Source: a virus (Duplodnaviria; Caudoviricetes). Taken from it: a stretch of 31,625 bases of DNA. The notes below the pieces were generated by a model. That model was not told the origin of the DNA, did no database searches, and saw only the letters and a program-made list of their open reading frames with translations. Each line of letters begins with the position of its first letter. Positions within the stretch are counted from its first letter, which is position 1. The translations under genes were made by a program, and so were the position numbers. This document shows positions 1 through 9,474 of the stretch, piece by piece. The stretch is from positions 1 through 31,625 of IMG/VR virus record IMGVR_UViG_3300005517_000023. The stretch is one strand, 5' to 3'.

Positions 1-621
1 TTCGGCTGTCGTTACGCCTGCTGCCCCCCCAGCAGCTAGGGCTTCATTCTTTAAAACCTTCATGGGCAAGGACGCGGCTTTAACCCCAGCTTTAGCCACA
101 CCTAATCCTGGAATAGGCACCGAGAATTCCCCGGCTAGATGGACAAACTTCTCAAAGGCATCTTTTGGGCTTAAGTTGCTGCCAAACAGCTCGTTCACCT
201 TTTGACCCATATACTCGGCTATGACTGGATCAGAAGGGGCAGCTTGTGTTTGATCCTCTATCCTTGACGTATCAACGCCTTCTTTTTCGAGTGTTCCCTT
301 AAAACTGCTTAAAGGAAAACCTTCCGGCGTGTTGCGTTGTTCAGCTGTAGCGGCTATATCAGCCAACCCACCCACTCCTTGAGAAAACCCATGGGCTGCC
401 ACACCGGCAATGCGCTTGGTTTTATCCCAAAAAGAAGGGTCTGTTTCTGGGGGCTGCTCAAGAGAAGGTTGTTGATCAATAGGAGGCTGTTGCCCTTCTA
501 ATCCTGTTTCAGCAGGTATTTCAGCAGCTTTGGGAAATTGACCCCAATAATCCGATTCAGGATCTTGACCTTGAGGTTCATCGGCTTTGGGAAAGCGATC
601 CCAGTAATTGGTGTCTGTCAT
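1..621 (-). CDS. Putative large DNA-ejection/internal virion protein, N-terminal part (runs off left edge)
   Basis: Not in ORF track. ATG at 621 overlaps the preceding stop (TAATG coupling). Reads MTDTNYWDRFPKADEPQGQDPESDYWGQFPKA (twice-repeated YW.xFPKA), then Gly/Ala-rich sequence. Lies third in the ejection-protein position. Confidence 0.65.
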   Translation of the reverse strand, partial: MTDTNYWDRFPKADEPQGQDPESDYWGQFPKAAEIPAETGLEGQQPPIDQQPSLEQPPETDPSFWDKTKRIAGVAAHGFSQGVGGLADIAATAEQRNTPEGFPLSSFKGTLEKEGVDTSRIEDQTQAAPSDPVIAEYMGQKVNELFGSNLSPKDAFEKFVHLAGEFSVPIPGLGVAKAGVKAASLPMKVLKNEALAAGGAAGVTTAE

Positions 622-1964
622 TACTGCACCACTGTTCCGCCGCGAGAAACGGCGTCGTCGATCTCAGATTCTGGCACCAAGACAATTTGACCATTGGGTG
701 CTTTCACTTTAAACGTTCTTTGCTGTTGCTCTTGCATTCCTGATTGTTGCATGCCCCCATTCTGTCTGGATTCTAAACCCTGACTGTAATCGGGCATCTT
801 GCTGATCAGGGATTCATTCTTAGCCATTTTGCGCTCAATCTTCTTCTCGAACCGATCCAACATCATGGCCATGGCTTTGGGGGTTTTGGATGAATCAGGA
901 ATCCGGCTGGTTAAAAACTCAAACTCCTTTTGGTTGGTGTTGCCAAACGATATGTTCCCTTTAGCAAACTCATAGAGTTGGGCAGCAGCGGTGTCATACA
1001 ATTGGGTCGCTGTCATGCCTTCGGTATTAAACGCTTTTCCCGTCAATCGTTGGATATAGGCACTGACATCTGACCCTGCAATCACTTTACCGGTTGAAAG
1101 TAGGTCTTTGGCTTCCTTGGTGGCGTATAAGGCATCTTCGAGCGTGGTGTTTTCTTGTTCGGCTTTTTTAACCGACTCAACCATCTTCTTAGCCCCTTCT
1201 TTGCCAAGGCCCACTTCAAACTGCTTCTCGGCACTCCAGCGTCCTTCTGTGTTTTGCCGGGCTAAGTCAATCCGTTGGTTTTCCTGATTAAACTTTTGGT
1301 TCTCAAAGTCGACGGCTTTTTGATAAAGATCCGCATTGACCCCACCCACTTGTTTACTAAAGTCATGAACAAATAAGCCGTTTCCATTCTTCGGGCTTCT
1401 GACCGTGACTTTTAAAGGATTGACTTGATCAATGGATGAGAGCTGATAATCAGACCCTGTGGTTTCGTTCAGCCTTTCTAAGATATGTTCTACGTACTTC
1501 TCTTTGGCGAGAGGGGCCATGGTTCCCATATTCTGGGCATAATCTTTCAAGAGAGGGGATAGCTCTTCTTCAGCCTGCATCTTCATTTTATTTTGTTTGT
1601 TCTTTTCCGCCATGGCCATGCCATTGGCCTCTAACCACTCAAACACACGGCCCATCTTCTCGGCTTTCTCTTTCTTTTCTTGAGACACTCTGCCTTTAAG
1701 GCCAGCTGAAGCACCCTCTAATAGACCGGACACAAGGGCTCGCCATCCATGGGCTGGACGACCGCCTGTGACCGTTTGAACAGACTTTCCCAGCATATCA
1801 GCCATATCATTTCTGGGGTCAGGAGCATTGGCTTCAATATCATAGCCTTGCTTGGCCATGGCACCAATTGACCCTAAGTTCTGAAAGTCATGCCTCATAG
1901 TGTTTTGACGTTCATTTTGTTTATTTTTGTTTTGTTGCATCATTGCAATATGGGGATTTGCCAT
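621..1964 (-). CDS. Putative DNA-ejection (injection) protein
   Basis: Helical Q/K/M-rich protein downstream of the tail genes. Likely start is MANPH at 1964 (ORF track extends to 2030). Position analogous to P22 gp20. Confidence 0.6.
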   Translation of the reverse strand: MANPHIAMMQQNKNKQNERQNTMRHDFQNLGSIGAMAKQGYDIEANAPDPRNDMADMLGKSVQTVTGGRPAHGWRALVSGLLEGASAGLKGRVSQEKKEKAEKMGRVFEWLEANGMAMAEKNKQNKMKMQAEEELSPLLKDYAQNMGTMAPLAKEKYVEHILERLNETTGSDYQLSSIDQVNPLKVTVRSPKNGNGLFVHDFSKQVGGVNADLYQKAVDFENQKFNQENQRIDLARQNTEGRWSAEKQFEVGLGKEGAKKMVESVKKAEQENTTLEDALYATKEAKDLLSTGKVIAGSDVSAYIQRLTGKAFNTEGMTATQLYDTAAAQLYEFAKGNISFGNTNQKEFEFLTSRIPDSSKTPKAMAMMLDRFEKKIERKMAKNESLISKMPDYSQGLESRQNGGMQQSGMQEQQQRTFKVKAPNGQIVLVPESEIDDAVSRGGTVVQ

Positions 1965-1983
1965 AGTCTTTGTTCTCCTGTTG

Positions 1984-3015
1984 TTATCTTCGACCCATTG
2001 CTCCACCAGCGGCCCGACCCGCAGAGCCACCCATCATGGCACCCATAGGCCCTCCAAAATAAGCCCCTGCAATCGTTCCTCCTAACCCCAACATTGTTGA
2101 TCCAAACCCAGGCTGTTCGTCAGCCCGATTGAGTTGATGTTGACCCAAAATACGGTTGGTCTCGGCTTGGTGTCTTTGCATGGCCATGTTATTGCGGGCT
2201 TGCCAATCAGCAAATTGTAATTGAGGAGCCATGCTGGAAGCGCGTTGGGCTGTATCAGCCCCTCTGATGGCACTGCCAATGTTTAAAAGGTTTTGGTTAT
2301 GACTCAAGGCACGCTCCCTCTGGTTTTCTAAATCTCGTTGACGGTCTTTTTGAAGACCATACCGGGCTTGAAGGTCTGAGAGCTGACCTTGCCGGCCGGC
2401 TTCTCGTAATCCATAGAGGTTGGATCTGTCAGCCATATCTTGTCGTCTCAGGTCTCGACCATACAGTTCAGACTCAACACCCACGCGCTGATCAGCTTTG
2501 GCCTTTTCTGAAGCCAACACCGCATTTAGTTCTCCAGAGGCTGTGCTGCCATGACCATAGCCCATGCGATTCAAGGCTTCTTGTTGGGTGTTTTGTTGGC
2601 GGGCATAGGCATCATCTAAGATGGTTTGCTGCATACCCTTAAATTGGTTCATCTCTTGAGCAAAATCAGGGATTTGGGCTAAGGCCGCCAAGTCTCCTTG
2701 ACGCTCTGTATTGAGCCTATTGATCTCGGTGACAAAGGGCGCAAAATCGAGAATTTGCGAAGGGTCGTATGCATACAGTCTTTGGGACTCTTCAATAGCC
2801 CGCGTCATGAGGGTGCCCGCTTCATCAAAAAGGGACTGATCTTCTGGGGATCTGGGAGGCTTTTGAATCATGCGTCTTTTCTTACCCGTGACGGCATCGG
2901 TTGCTACAATTGATTGAACCCCATTCACTTCATCAATCACATCCAACATTTCTTGCTCAGGGGGCGGTGAGGGAAGTTGAGGCGTGGGCGAAGAGTCATT
3001 ACCACCAAAACACAT
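1984..3015 (-). CDS. Putative pilot/DNA-transfer protein
   Basis: Likely start is MCFGG at 3015, immediately after the stop of the previous gene. Q-rich coiled coil and C-terminal glycine zipper (GLGGTIAGAYFGGPMGAMMGG), typical of podovirus ejection proteins. Confidence 0.65.
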   Translation of the reverse strand: MCFGGNDSSPTPQLPSPPPEQEMLDVIDEVNGVQSIVATDAVTGKKRRMIQKPPRSPEDQSLFDEAGTLMTRAIEESQRLYAYDPSQILDFAPFVTEINRLNTERQGDLAALAQIPDFAQEMNQFKGMQQTILDDAYARQQNTQQEALNRMGYGHGSTASGELNAVLASEKAKADQRVGVESELYGRDLRRQDMADRSNLYGLREAGRQGQLSDLQARYGLQKDRQRDLENQRERALSHNQNLLNIGSAIRGADTAQRASSMAPQLQFADWQARNNMAMQRHQAETNRILGQHQLNRADEQPGFGSTMLGLGGTIAGAYFGGPMGAMMGGSAGRAAGGAMGRR

Positions 3016-3017
3016 GA

Positions 3018-3515
3018 TCAGGATGCCTTTCTGTTTTTTGTTATCTTTTCTTTTGGTTTTTGCTCTTTGACAAACCAAACCTTACGGGGGTCTGGATCCG
3101 GCGTAGCGCGATCCGGCGTGGCGTGGTCCCAGGGGGGCGGTGTTTCTAGACGACGGATGCCACAACTCTCAAACCGCTTTAAGACACGTTGCCAGCTGGA
3201 AAGGCGCGTCCATGTATAGACTCTTTGAAACCCTGTTGCGAGGGCGTGATCAAAAAGACTTTGTAAAAACGTTTTGTTCAGGATTTGAAACCGAAAGTCT
3301 GGAAACACGGTTAAAAACCCCTCGCCCAGGCGGCCTCCTGTGTTTGGGTCTATACCGCGATCAATAATCCCATAGAGCCCCACACAGCCCCCATCCTTGA
3401 TAATAGAAAAACACGTAATATCGCGGCGATAATAGGATGGATAAAGATTGCGGGTTTCTTCGGCTGTGAGGGCTTCAAAAGACAGTATAGACATAGGGGA
3501 TTCCTTAATTTCCAT
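3018..3515 (-). CDS. GNAT-like acetyltransferase-fold phage protein
   Basis: Motifs CVGLYGI..., FLTVFPDFRFQ, GFQRVYTWT. Sits between tail fibre and ejection genes, as in many podoviruses. Confidence 0.55.
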   Translation of the reverse strand: MEIKESPMSILSFEALTAEETRNLYPSYYRRDITCFSIIKDGGCVGLYGIIDRGIDPNTGGRLGEGFLTVFPDFRFQILNKTFLQSLFDHALATGFQRVYTWTRLSSWQRVLKRFESCGIRRLETPPPWDHATPDRATPDPDPRKVWFVKEQKPKEKITKNRKAS

Positions 3516-4650
3516 CCGGTAAGTAGGCCAATATCAGATAAGAAGCCGTTTGGTTGGATGGCGTGATATATGTGAAGCCTGTGTTTGTATAAGCTGGGGC
3601 GTAAATGTTGCTGGCTGCAAAACCAATCAGCGTGTTGGCATCCGCTATAGGACGTTTATAGGTGACAGTCACAATGTATTGATCAAGATCATCATAAACA
3701 CAAGTGGCGGTTCGAATGTTAAACCCCCTCCATTTCAGGGCATCTCCACTTCCGGAAATAATCTGAAACATACAAAAGATCATTCCTCCAAAAGGCCCGA
3801 TGGTGACACCATTGAGGGAACCAAGGGTTGCCCCAGGTTGAATCAAGGATCCATCAAAACAAGCCGAGGCTATTTTGTTAAAGCTGACGTTGCCTGACCC
3901 CATAGATATCAAGACCGAACCGGTTGCAGAAGCTTGTGCATCGATATTGGTATCTCGAATGGCTTTCAGAGCGACTTTGGGGTTGGTCACAGCTAAGCTG
4001 GCGATCTCATTGGGCGTGACAGCTCCTAAGCCCAATTGAAGCGTTGATACTGCTGCATTGGCTATTTTGGCTGTTGTGACGGCTCGATCAGCCAGCTCTG
4101 CTGTGGTCACGGCTCTATCAGCTATCTTCTCTGTGGTAATGGCAAGACCTTCAATTTTTTCCGTGGTGACCGCTTGATCTGCCAGTTCATCCGTATTCAC
4201 GGCATAGGCTTGAAGATGCCTCGTTTGGATCGTATCACTGGCAATTTTGGCGCCAGTGATGGCTCCATTGTTCACTTGAGCCGTCCCTACCGCATTCACT
4301 TGGATTTTCTCCGTTGTAACAGCGCTATCAGCCAGGTTCCGGGTTTGAACAGCTTGATCTGAAAGGTTCAGAGCCGTTACCGCCGTCCAAGAAATATTAG
4401 CCATGCCATCGGTTGTGGGAAGCTTGTTGGCATTGCGAGGATCATCGGATCCTGGCAATATCCCAGCGACCACACCATTAATGGCAACGGCTAACTGATT
4501 GATATAGTCAATCACCGCATTGCAATCCCCATCCAATTGAGCCGGCGTTGGGGGCTTGTCATTTAAAGACGCATAGCGATTATAATTGGCCAGAACTTGC
4601 TCGGGAGCATACGGGATCGAAGGGCGTTTAAAGTTGGTGGGTAAAGGCAT
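3505..4650 (-). CDS. Tail fibre/spike protein with D-x-A-V-T-T-x-K-I decamer repeats
   Basis: About 14 ten-residue repeats (e.g. DSAVTTEKIQ, DRAVTTAELA, DRAVTTAKIA). N-terminal AQLDGDCNAV..YINQL attachment-like segment. Follows the nozzle gene. Confidence 0.7.
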   Translation of the reverse strand: MPLPTNFKRPSIPYAPEQVLANYNRYASLNDKPPTPAQLDGDCNAVIDYINQLAVAINGVVAGILPGSDDPRNANKLPTTDGMANISWTAVTALNLSDQAVQTRNLADSAVTTEKIQVNAVGTAQVNNGAITGAKIASDTIQTRHLQAYAVNTDELADQAVTTEKIEGLAITTEKIADRAVTTAELADRAVTTAKIANAAVSTLQLGLGAVTPNEIASLAVTNPKVALKAIRDTNIDAQASATGSVLISMGSGNVSFNKIASACFDGSLIQPGATLGSLNGVTIGPFGGMIFCMFQIISGSGDALKWRGFNIRTATCVYDDLDQYIVTVTYKRPIADANTLIGFAASNIYAPAYTNTGFTYITPSNQTASYLILAYLPDGN

Positions 4651-4694
4651 AGATTAAGTCCTTTCCAAGTTTTTTTGGGTCACAATTCTTCTCA

Positions 4695-6860
4695 TTATCC
4701 ATTCCTCTCAATGGTTCCATAAAGCTTCAGCTGTTTTAAAGAAACAGGTCCGTCTTTGGTATATCCCTTAAGCGTTACCCAAAACTGAGAGGCTAAAAAC
4801 TTCAATCGGTCTTGAAACACAAACACCCGTTTGTCTAAGCGAAGACCAAGGCTTTTATCCGTGACCAGATCATCAGGCACAACCGTCAAGGGAATGGTTT
4901 TTAGCGCATCGCCCCGCATATCAAAGCGACAGGGACTCTCAAAACGATAAGAGGCCGGTAAATCCCCACTGATCAGAATCGACATCTCGTTTTCTTCTTG
5001 CAAGACAAAGCTGGAGGAGATATCAACGGTGAGATCATATCTGAGTCCAAAGAACCGCTTTCCTTTTAAGTGCAAGATCGGCAAAGACCAAGAAAACGGA
5101 ATCAGGGCTTTGCCACCTTGATCGCCATAGCTTTTGGTATCCCCATCATTGCCATCTCCATACTTGAACAGAGCATTTTGACAAGACAGGTAAAAGGTTC
5201 CGTTTAAAGAACAAAAGGATGTGGCTCGTTCAAAGTCGCCTGAGAACACAGACCAGGAATAAAGGGACGTGGAGAACAACGATACCAAGACCGGGTTTGA
5301 TCCAATCTTAAACCCAACCAAAGGGCCACTATCGTATTTAAACGATCGACAAGATCTGTAGGTGTCATTTGACGTGAGGGCTTGGGTTAAGAAGTCTCGG
5401 ATTAAGGGGTCAACGGCATCATAGCTATTGGCCACAAACTGTTTGGCAATGTTCAGCGTGGTAAAAGATTGAAGGCCGGTTTTGGTGATGAAGAACACAT
5501 CGTTGGGCAATTCAAGGATCAGATCCCCATGAACAATGCCGGTGGGCAGCATGGTGTGGTAGCGAAGGGTTGACTGACTGCCATCACCATTGTCAAACCC
5601 TGCTTGTAAAGGATCGGTTCCTGTCCAGACTTGGGTTTTAACACGACCTGCAAAGATCATATATTCCCCAAGATGGGTAATGGCCTCTAACGTATCGGGC
5701 ACGCCGTGTTGTTCTGTTAAATCCAGACTGGGTACGGTTTTGGTCTGCTCGTTAAACCAATCCGTCAAAGAATTGGATTTGTAAGGGTAATAGACCCGAA
5801 GGGCTTGATCAGGGGCTTTTAAGGCAAGTCCTACGGCTCCTTCACCCAATGCCCAGACTCGATTGTGAGCTACAGATAAGAAGCTAAAGCGTGGTACCCA
5901 ATCTTGATAAAAAAGCTGGGTTTGGTTTTGAACAAATTGATGAAGGTTCGCAGTCACCGTGACGGTCACGGTATTAACGGCTCTGATCGCATTGGCCACG
6001 ATCCGTTTGTTGGTCATCCCATTGGTGCTGAATTGAACGGTAGATCCGGCACCATACTGGGATATATCAAAGTTATCCGTACACACGAACGAAAACGTTC
6101 GGTCATCAATGCGGGTTAATTGAGTCGCGTTTTCTTTGACAAAATTACTGAGATCATCAAGGCGTCTGCCATCCCAGGTCATGACCCTATCAACGCCATT
6201 GCAGAGCAACATCTTACCCAAGAACACAACCGATCTTGGCACACAAGCGACCGATAGGTTTTGCCGGAGGGGAGCACTGAGGGTCTTTGTTCTGGTATCG
6301 TATGCGTAAAGCGTTCCAGTTGAAAACGAAACACTTCGAAATTGGATGTTTTCAAAGGGCCTTGGAAAGTTATTTTGTCGTACCGTTAAGACAACCTCAC
6401 CACCAGCACTGATTGTTTTGTCAGCAATTACATCATAAACCGTATTGATCCCATTCACTTGATAGTCAATCTTAATGGGGGTGTCCTGTTCATAGCGTGC
6501 GGCATTTTCGGTTGGAAAAGAGAAAACAAAGTCTCCTTCAATATGAAAATCCAGGGGATCGGCCGTATGGTCTTGTTGAAACTCTTGAACATACAAAATA
6601 AGCTGTTCTGTGCCATTGGGAGCTACAAACCCAAAGCTGCCCATCACACGGCTATCGGGATCCAAGGCAGGGGACAAAGGATTGTGGAGGCGTTTAGTGC
6701 CAAAACGCACCGTTCCTTCGCCTAAGGGCTTGGAGAGAATGTTTTCTAGGACATAGGCATAATCAAGCGGCAACTGATACGCTGAAACGTTTTGATTCAT
6801 CCCCTTTTGAGGGACCGAGAGTTCTAAGACGTCATAATTGCCGATTTGAAGCATGATCAA
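4695..6860 (-). CDS. Tail nozzle / DNA-stabilization protein (P22 gp10-like)
   Basis: 721 aa, beta-rich. N-terminal KGMNQ...AYVLENI...G...RFGT pattern and AHNRVW propeller blades. Lies directly after the adaptor. Confidence 0.65.
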   Translation of the reverse strand: MIMLQIGNYDVLELSVPQKGMNQNVSAYQLPLDYAYVLENILSKPLGEGTVRFGTKRLHNPLSPALDPDSRVMGSFGFVAPNGTEQLILYVQEFQQDHTADPLDFHIEGDFVFSFPTENAARYEQDTPIKIDYQVNGINTVYDVIADKTISAGGEVVLTVRQNNFPRPFENIQFRSVSFSTGTLYAYDTRTKTLSAPLRQNLSVACVPRSVVFLGKMLLCNGVDRVMTWDGRRLDDLSNFVKENATQLTRIDDRTFSFVCTDNFDISQYGAGSTVQFSTNGMTNKRIVANAIRAVNTVTVTVTANLHQFVQNQTQLFYQDWVPRFSFLSVAHNRVWALGEGAVGLALKAPDQALRVYYPYKSNSLTDWFNEQTKTVPSLDLTEQHGVPDTLEAITHLGEYMIFAGRVKTQVWTGTDPLQAGFDNGDGSQSTLRYHTMLPTGIVHGDLILELPNDVFFITKTGLQSFTTLNIAKQFVANSYDAVDPLIRDFLTQALTSNDTYRSCRSFKYDSGPLVGFKIGSNPVLVSLFSTSLYSWSVFSGDFERATSFCSLNGTFYLSCQNALFKYGDGNDGDTKSYGDQGGKALIPFSWSLPILHLKGKRFFGLRYDLTVDISSSFVLQEENEMSILISGDLPASYRFESPCRFDMRGDALKTIPLTVVPDDLVTDKSLGLRLDKRVFVFQDRLKFLASQFWVTLKGYTKDGPVSLKQLKLYGTIERNG

Positions 6861-6865
6861 TCGTC

Positions 6866-7510
6866 CTAAAGATTGCTAAATGTAGATAGGGAGGTTTTGT
6901 TGAACCCCCTTAAATACGACAGCAATCGTTGTTTCCCGAGAATCCAGCGTCTTTTAGCCTCTTCCATCTTTTGAGTGTTTTTAAACCCGCTTTGATCTTG
7001 AAACACATAATATAAAGCCCCATCCGCCAAGATATTATGGTAAGACCGTGGATACGGAATCTCGGCCTCTGGCGTGTTTTTTACAAATAGGGAAGCCTCA
7101 GGAATATACCAAACCAAAAGGTCTATTGGAGACGGATCATAGGGCAACAGCTTAATGAGCTGCTTATGGACAACATATTTATCCAACGTCCCTGTTTTGG
7201 TAAAGTCAGGATCTTCTTGTATGGCTTCTTGCATCGATATTTGTTGAAGATGCTTTTTTAAAGAAGGAACATAAACCTGCCCCATTATGTAAGGGGGATT
7301 TTCTAGGATGACGTAACTAATATCTTGAAGCTTTTCGGGTTCTTCTGATCTATATAAGGCCTGATTAAAAGATGCCGTTTCCCCATACAATTCCAGATGG
7401 GCTAAATTGAGGTAATTCAGAAAAAGGGAGGTCTCCGTTTCGGTGATGTTTTTATCTCCAAAACTCAAAGACCCCATTAATGTTAAGATTTGTACTACCG
7501 TCATAATCAT
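6866..7510 (-). CDS. Head-tail adaptor protein
   Basis: 214 aa. N-terminal helices LNYLNLAHLEL and C-terminal IPYP..YHNILADGALYY motif. Lies between capsid and nozzle genes. Confidence 0.7.
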   Translation of the reverse strand: MIMTVVQILTLMGSLSFGDKNITETETSLFLNYLNLAHLELYGETASFNQALYRSEEPEKLQDISYVILENPPYIMGQVYVPSLKKHLQQISMQEAIQEDPDFTKTGTLDKYVVHKQLIKLLPYDPSPIDLLVWYIPEASLFVKNTPEAEIPYPRSYHNILADGALYYVFQDQSGFKNTQKMEEAKRRWILGKQRLLSYLRGFNKTSLSTFSNL

Positions 7511-7534
7511 GATTACCCTTAAAACTCACTCATT

Positions 7535-7604
7535 AAAAAAGGAGCTTCTTTAAAATCAACGCCAACAAGACGATAATGACCAAAAGAAACGTCAAAGAAG
7601 CCCC
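7535..7604 (-). terminator. Possible intrinsic terminator/attenuator after the capsid genes
   Basis: Minus strand reads GGGGCTTCTTT...AAAGAAGCTCC followed by T6. The enclosed loop is long (~40 nt), so the structure is atypical. Confidence 0.45.
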
Positions 7605-7610
7605 CATCCA

Positions 7611-8000
7611 TTAATAATTTCCAATCACCAATAACAAGGAGATCGTCGCCCCCGCATTAATAGGCGTCGCGGTTCCGAGAATGGCAATGTTGATCGTCCT
7701 TCCTGTGGCATCTAGGGTGATGGTGGTGTGGGTGTTTTGAGCGACGGCACCAAAAGGTATAACTTCACCCGTCTGGGCAACAGCTCCTTGACCCGCTGCT
7801 CGGATAAAAACATTCTGGATAGACTTGATCTTTCCGGCTCCTGTCCATGTTAGAATGTTAGCATTCGCACCGGCTGCTATACCCGCTGCGGTGGTTATAT
7901 CAAAAGCAACAAGCTGGTAATCACCGCCTGTTGACGCGACAGCCACATTAACGTTGGCTGCCGTTGAGGTGTTTTGGACGTATCTGACAACACTGGTCAT
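7611..8000 (-). CDS. Putative capsid decoration/minor head protein
   Basis: 129 aa, Ala/Thr/Gly-rich beta protein immediately downstream of the major capsid gene. Confidence 0.55.
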   Translation of the reverse strand: MTSVVRYVQNTSTAANVNVAVASTGGDYQLVAFDITTAAGIAAGANANILTWTGAGKIKSIQNVFIRAAGQGAVAQTGEVIPFGAVAQNTHTTITLDATGRTINIAILGTATPINAGATISLLLVIGNY

Positions 8001-8026
8001 GGTTTTTTATCCTTCTATAAGTTTGG

Positions 8027-9214
8027 TTAAGTCAAAGCGACAAATGAGTGCAAAATTCCCTGTTCCACCGATGTCGCTAGATTTCTGGCAGCATCAGCAG
8101 CATTTTGTGTGCTGGCAAACTTCAACATCTTCTGGCCTCTAAACTCGTGACCAAAGTACAGTTGGATGCGTTCCACGAGATCGTTCTCCATGCCAAGCAT
8201 CGGTTCCTCTGCCCAACCCAATGACCAGGCCCCAGCACCGATGAATAAGTTCCAAGCCATGCGGTGATTGTTAGCCGCACTGAGAAACTCAAACTCATAC
8301 AAGTCTTTGCAGGAATAAATGCTGATCCCAAAGAACTCACCGATGTAATCAGCTCCATTCAGGGTTTGAGGGGTGTTTTCGGCATCGATGACCGTCCCTC
8401 GGTTAAAGGTCGAGGCAGAAAACAACGGGTCGGCAAACAAAGCCGTTAAGCTTTCGGGGTGGGCTAAGTAGATGTATTTGTTCATGGGCCAACCAGCCTT
8501 ATTTTTTACATATGCAGGCTGTATAGCATCTTCACGGTTAATAGCCGTTCCTCCGCGCTCTGCCGTCAGCTTTAGGTTCTTCAGATGGGTTGCACTGAGT
8601 CCGTTGTTGGCAGGAGCTGGGTTGGCTGCATTAAACAAAGCCGGAAACGCCGCATTGGCATAATACTGAGCCGCTGTTGGTGTAAGGCCTGACAAGACAG
8701 ATCGGTCATACGAGGGAATCGTATCGGGAACGTTACAGTTAGCCAGTCCAGTGGTCATATTGGGATAAGCACCGGTGGTGGCAGCTAAAAACAGGTCTCG
8801 GTTTAAAGCCCGTGAAAAAGCTTCAACAAGTTGCGTTCTAGCATACGGAGGTAGATCAACAGGAGTTCCATAATTGAGGATGTCATAGCCTTTGATCTGA
8901 ACCAAAAAGCTTTTAAAGTCCACATTGACGGAATCGTAATCGACTTTTTGCTGTTGAGCATTACCGCGGCGTTGATCAAAGTTCACCACAGGGTTTTTAT
9001 AGTCCAACGCTTGGAGCTTGCCCATTCGGTATTGAAGGCCTTCCCGTTGTCCCAGTTTCTTTCGGACAATAGGACGATTAGGCTCGTTGCCCATTAAGTT
9101 AAACAGAGGGGTGATTTGAACCCATTCTTTAAAAACTTTGGAAGAAACTTCGAAGGGAAATAAGTTTTGATTGATGCCGTTATAGCCGGCTGCTGGAACT
9201 GGATAGAGAGCCAT
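8027..9214 (-). CDS. Major capsid protein (N4-gp56/DUF4043-like)
   Basis: 395 aa after the scaffold gene. Motifs YIYLAHPESLTAL..DPLF, GEFFGISI, NLFIGAGA. SD-like AAAGGA upstream. Confidence 0.8.
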   Translation of the reverse strand: MALYPVPAAGYNGINQNLFPFEVSSKVFKEWVQITPLFNLMGNEPNRPIVRKKLGQREGLQYRMGKLQALDYKNPVVNFDQRRGNAQQQKVDYDSVNVDFKSFLVQIKGYDILNYGTPVDLPPYARTQLVEAFSRALNRDLFLAATTGAYPNMTTGLANCNVPDTIPSYDRSVLSGLTPTAAQYYANAAFPALFNAANPAPANNGLSATHLKNLKLTAERGGTAINREDAIQPAYVKNKAGWPMNKYIYLAHPESLTALFADPLFSASTFNRGTVIDAENTPQTLNGADYIGEFFGISIYSCKDLYEFEFLSAANNHRMAWNLFIGAGAWSLGWAEEPMLGMENDLVERIQLYFGHEFRGQKMLKFASTQNAADAARNLATSVEQGILHSFVALT

Positions 9215-9474
9215 GGTTAAAATCCTTTACTCATTTGAAAAAAACAAAAGGATGCTCTGCGTTCTTTAAACACAAAGAATCGGTTCAATTTCGTCTTTTC
9301 AAAAAAGCTAGGAGTTTTAAAAACGATGGAAGGTAATTGCCGCAGTTTTTATGGTGCGGCGGCCCTCTTGCTTTTAAAAGGTCGTCCTTTTCTCAAAGGG
9401 TAAGATAAAATAAGGAATCCGGGGTGCCCACTCCCAATTAGGAAGAAGTGAACACACCCAAAAGCTAATTTGTT
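9215..9474 (-). promoter_or_regulatory. Structured intergenic leader of the capsid gene
   Basis: 260 nt with several inverted repeats: GTGTTCACTT/GAGTGGGCAC, AAAAGG-ACGA-CCTTTT, GCCGCA/TGCGGC, TTCTTT/AAAGAA, TTTGAAAA/TTTTCAAA. Confidence 0.45.

Noticed and set aside
3092-3125. GC-rich short duplication (GATCCGGCGTRGCG x2) as a REP/MITE
   Set aside because: Only two in-frame copies encoding ATPD; no other copies seen in the window.
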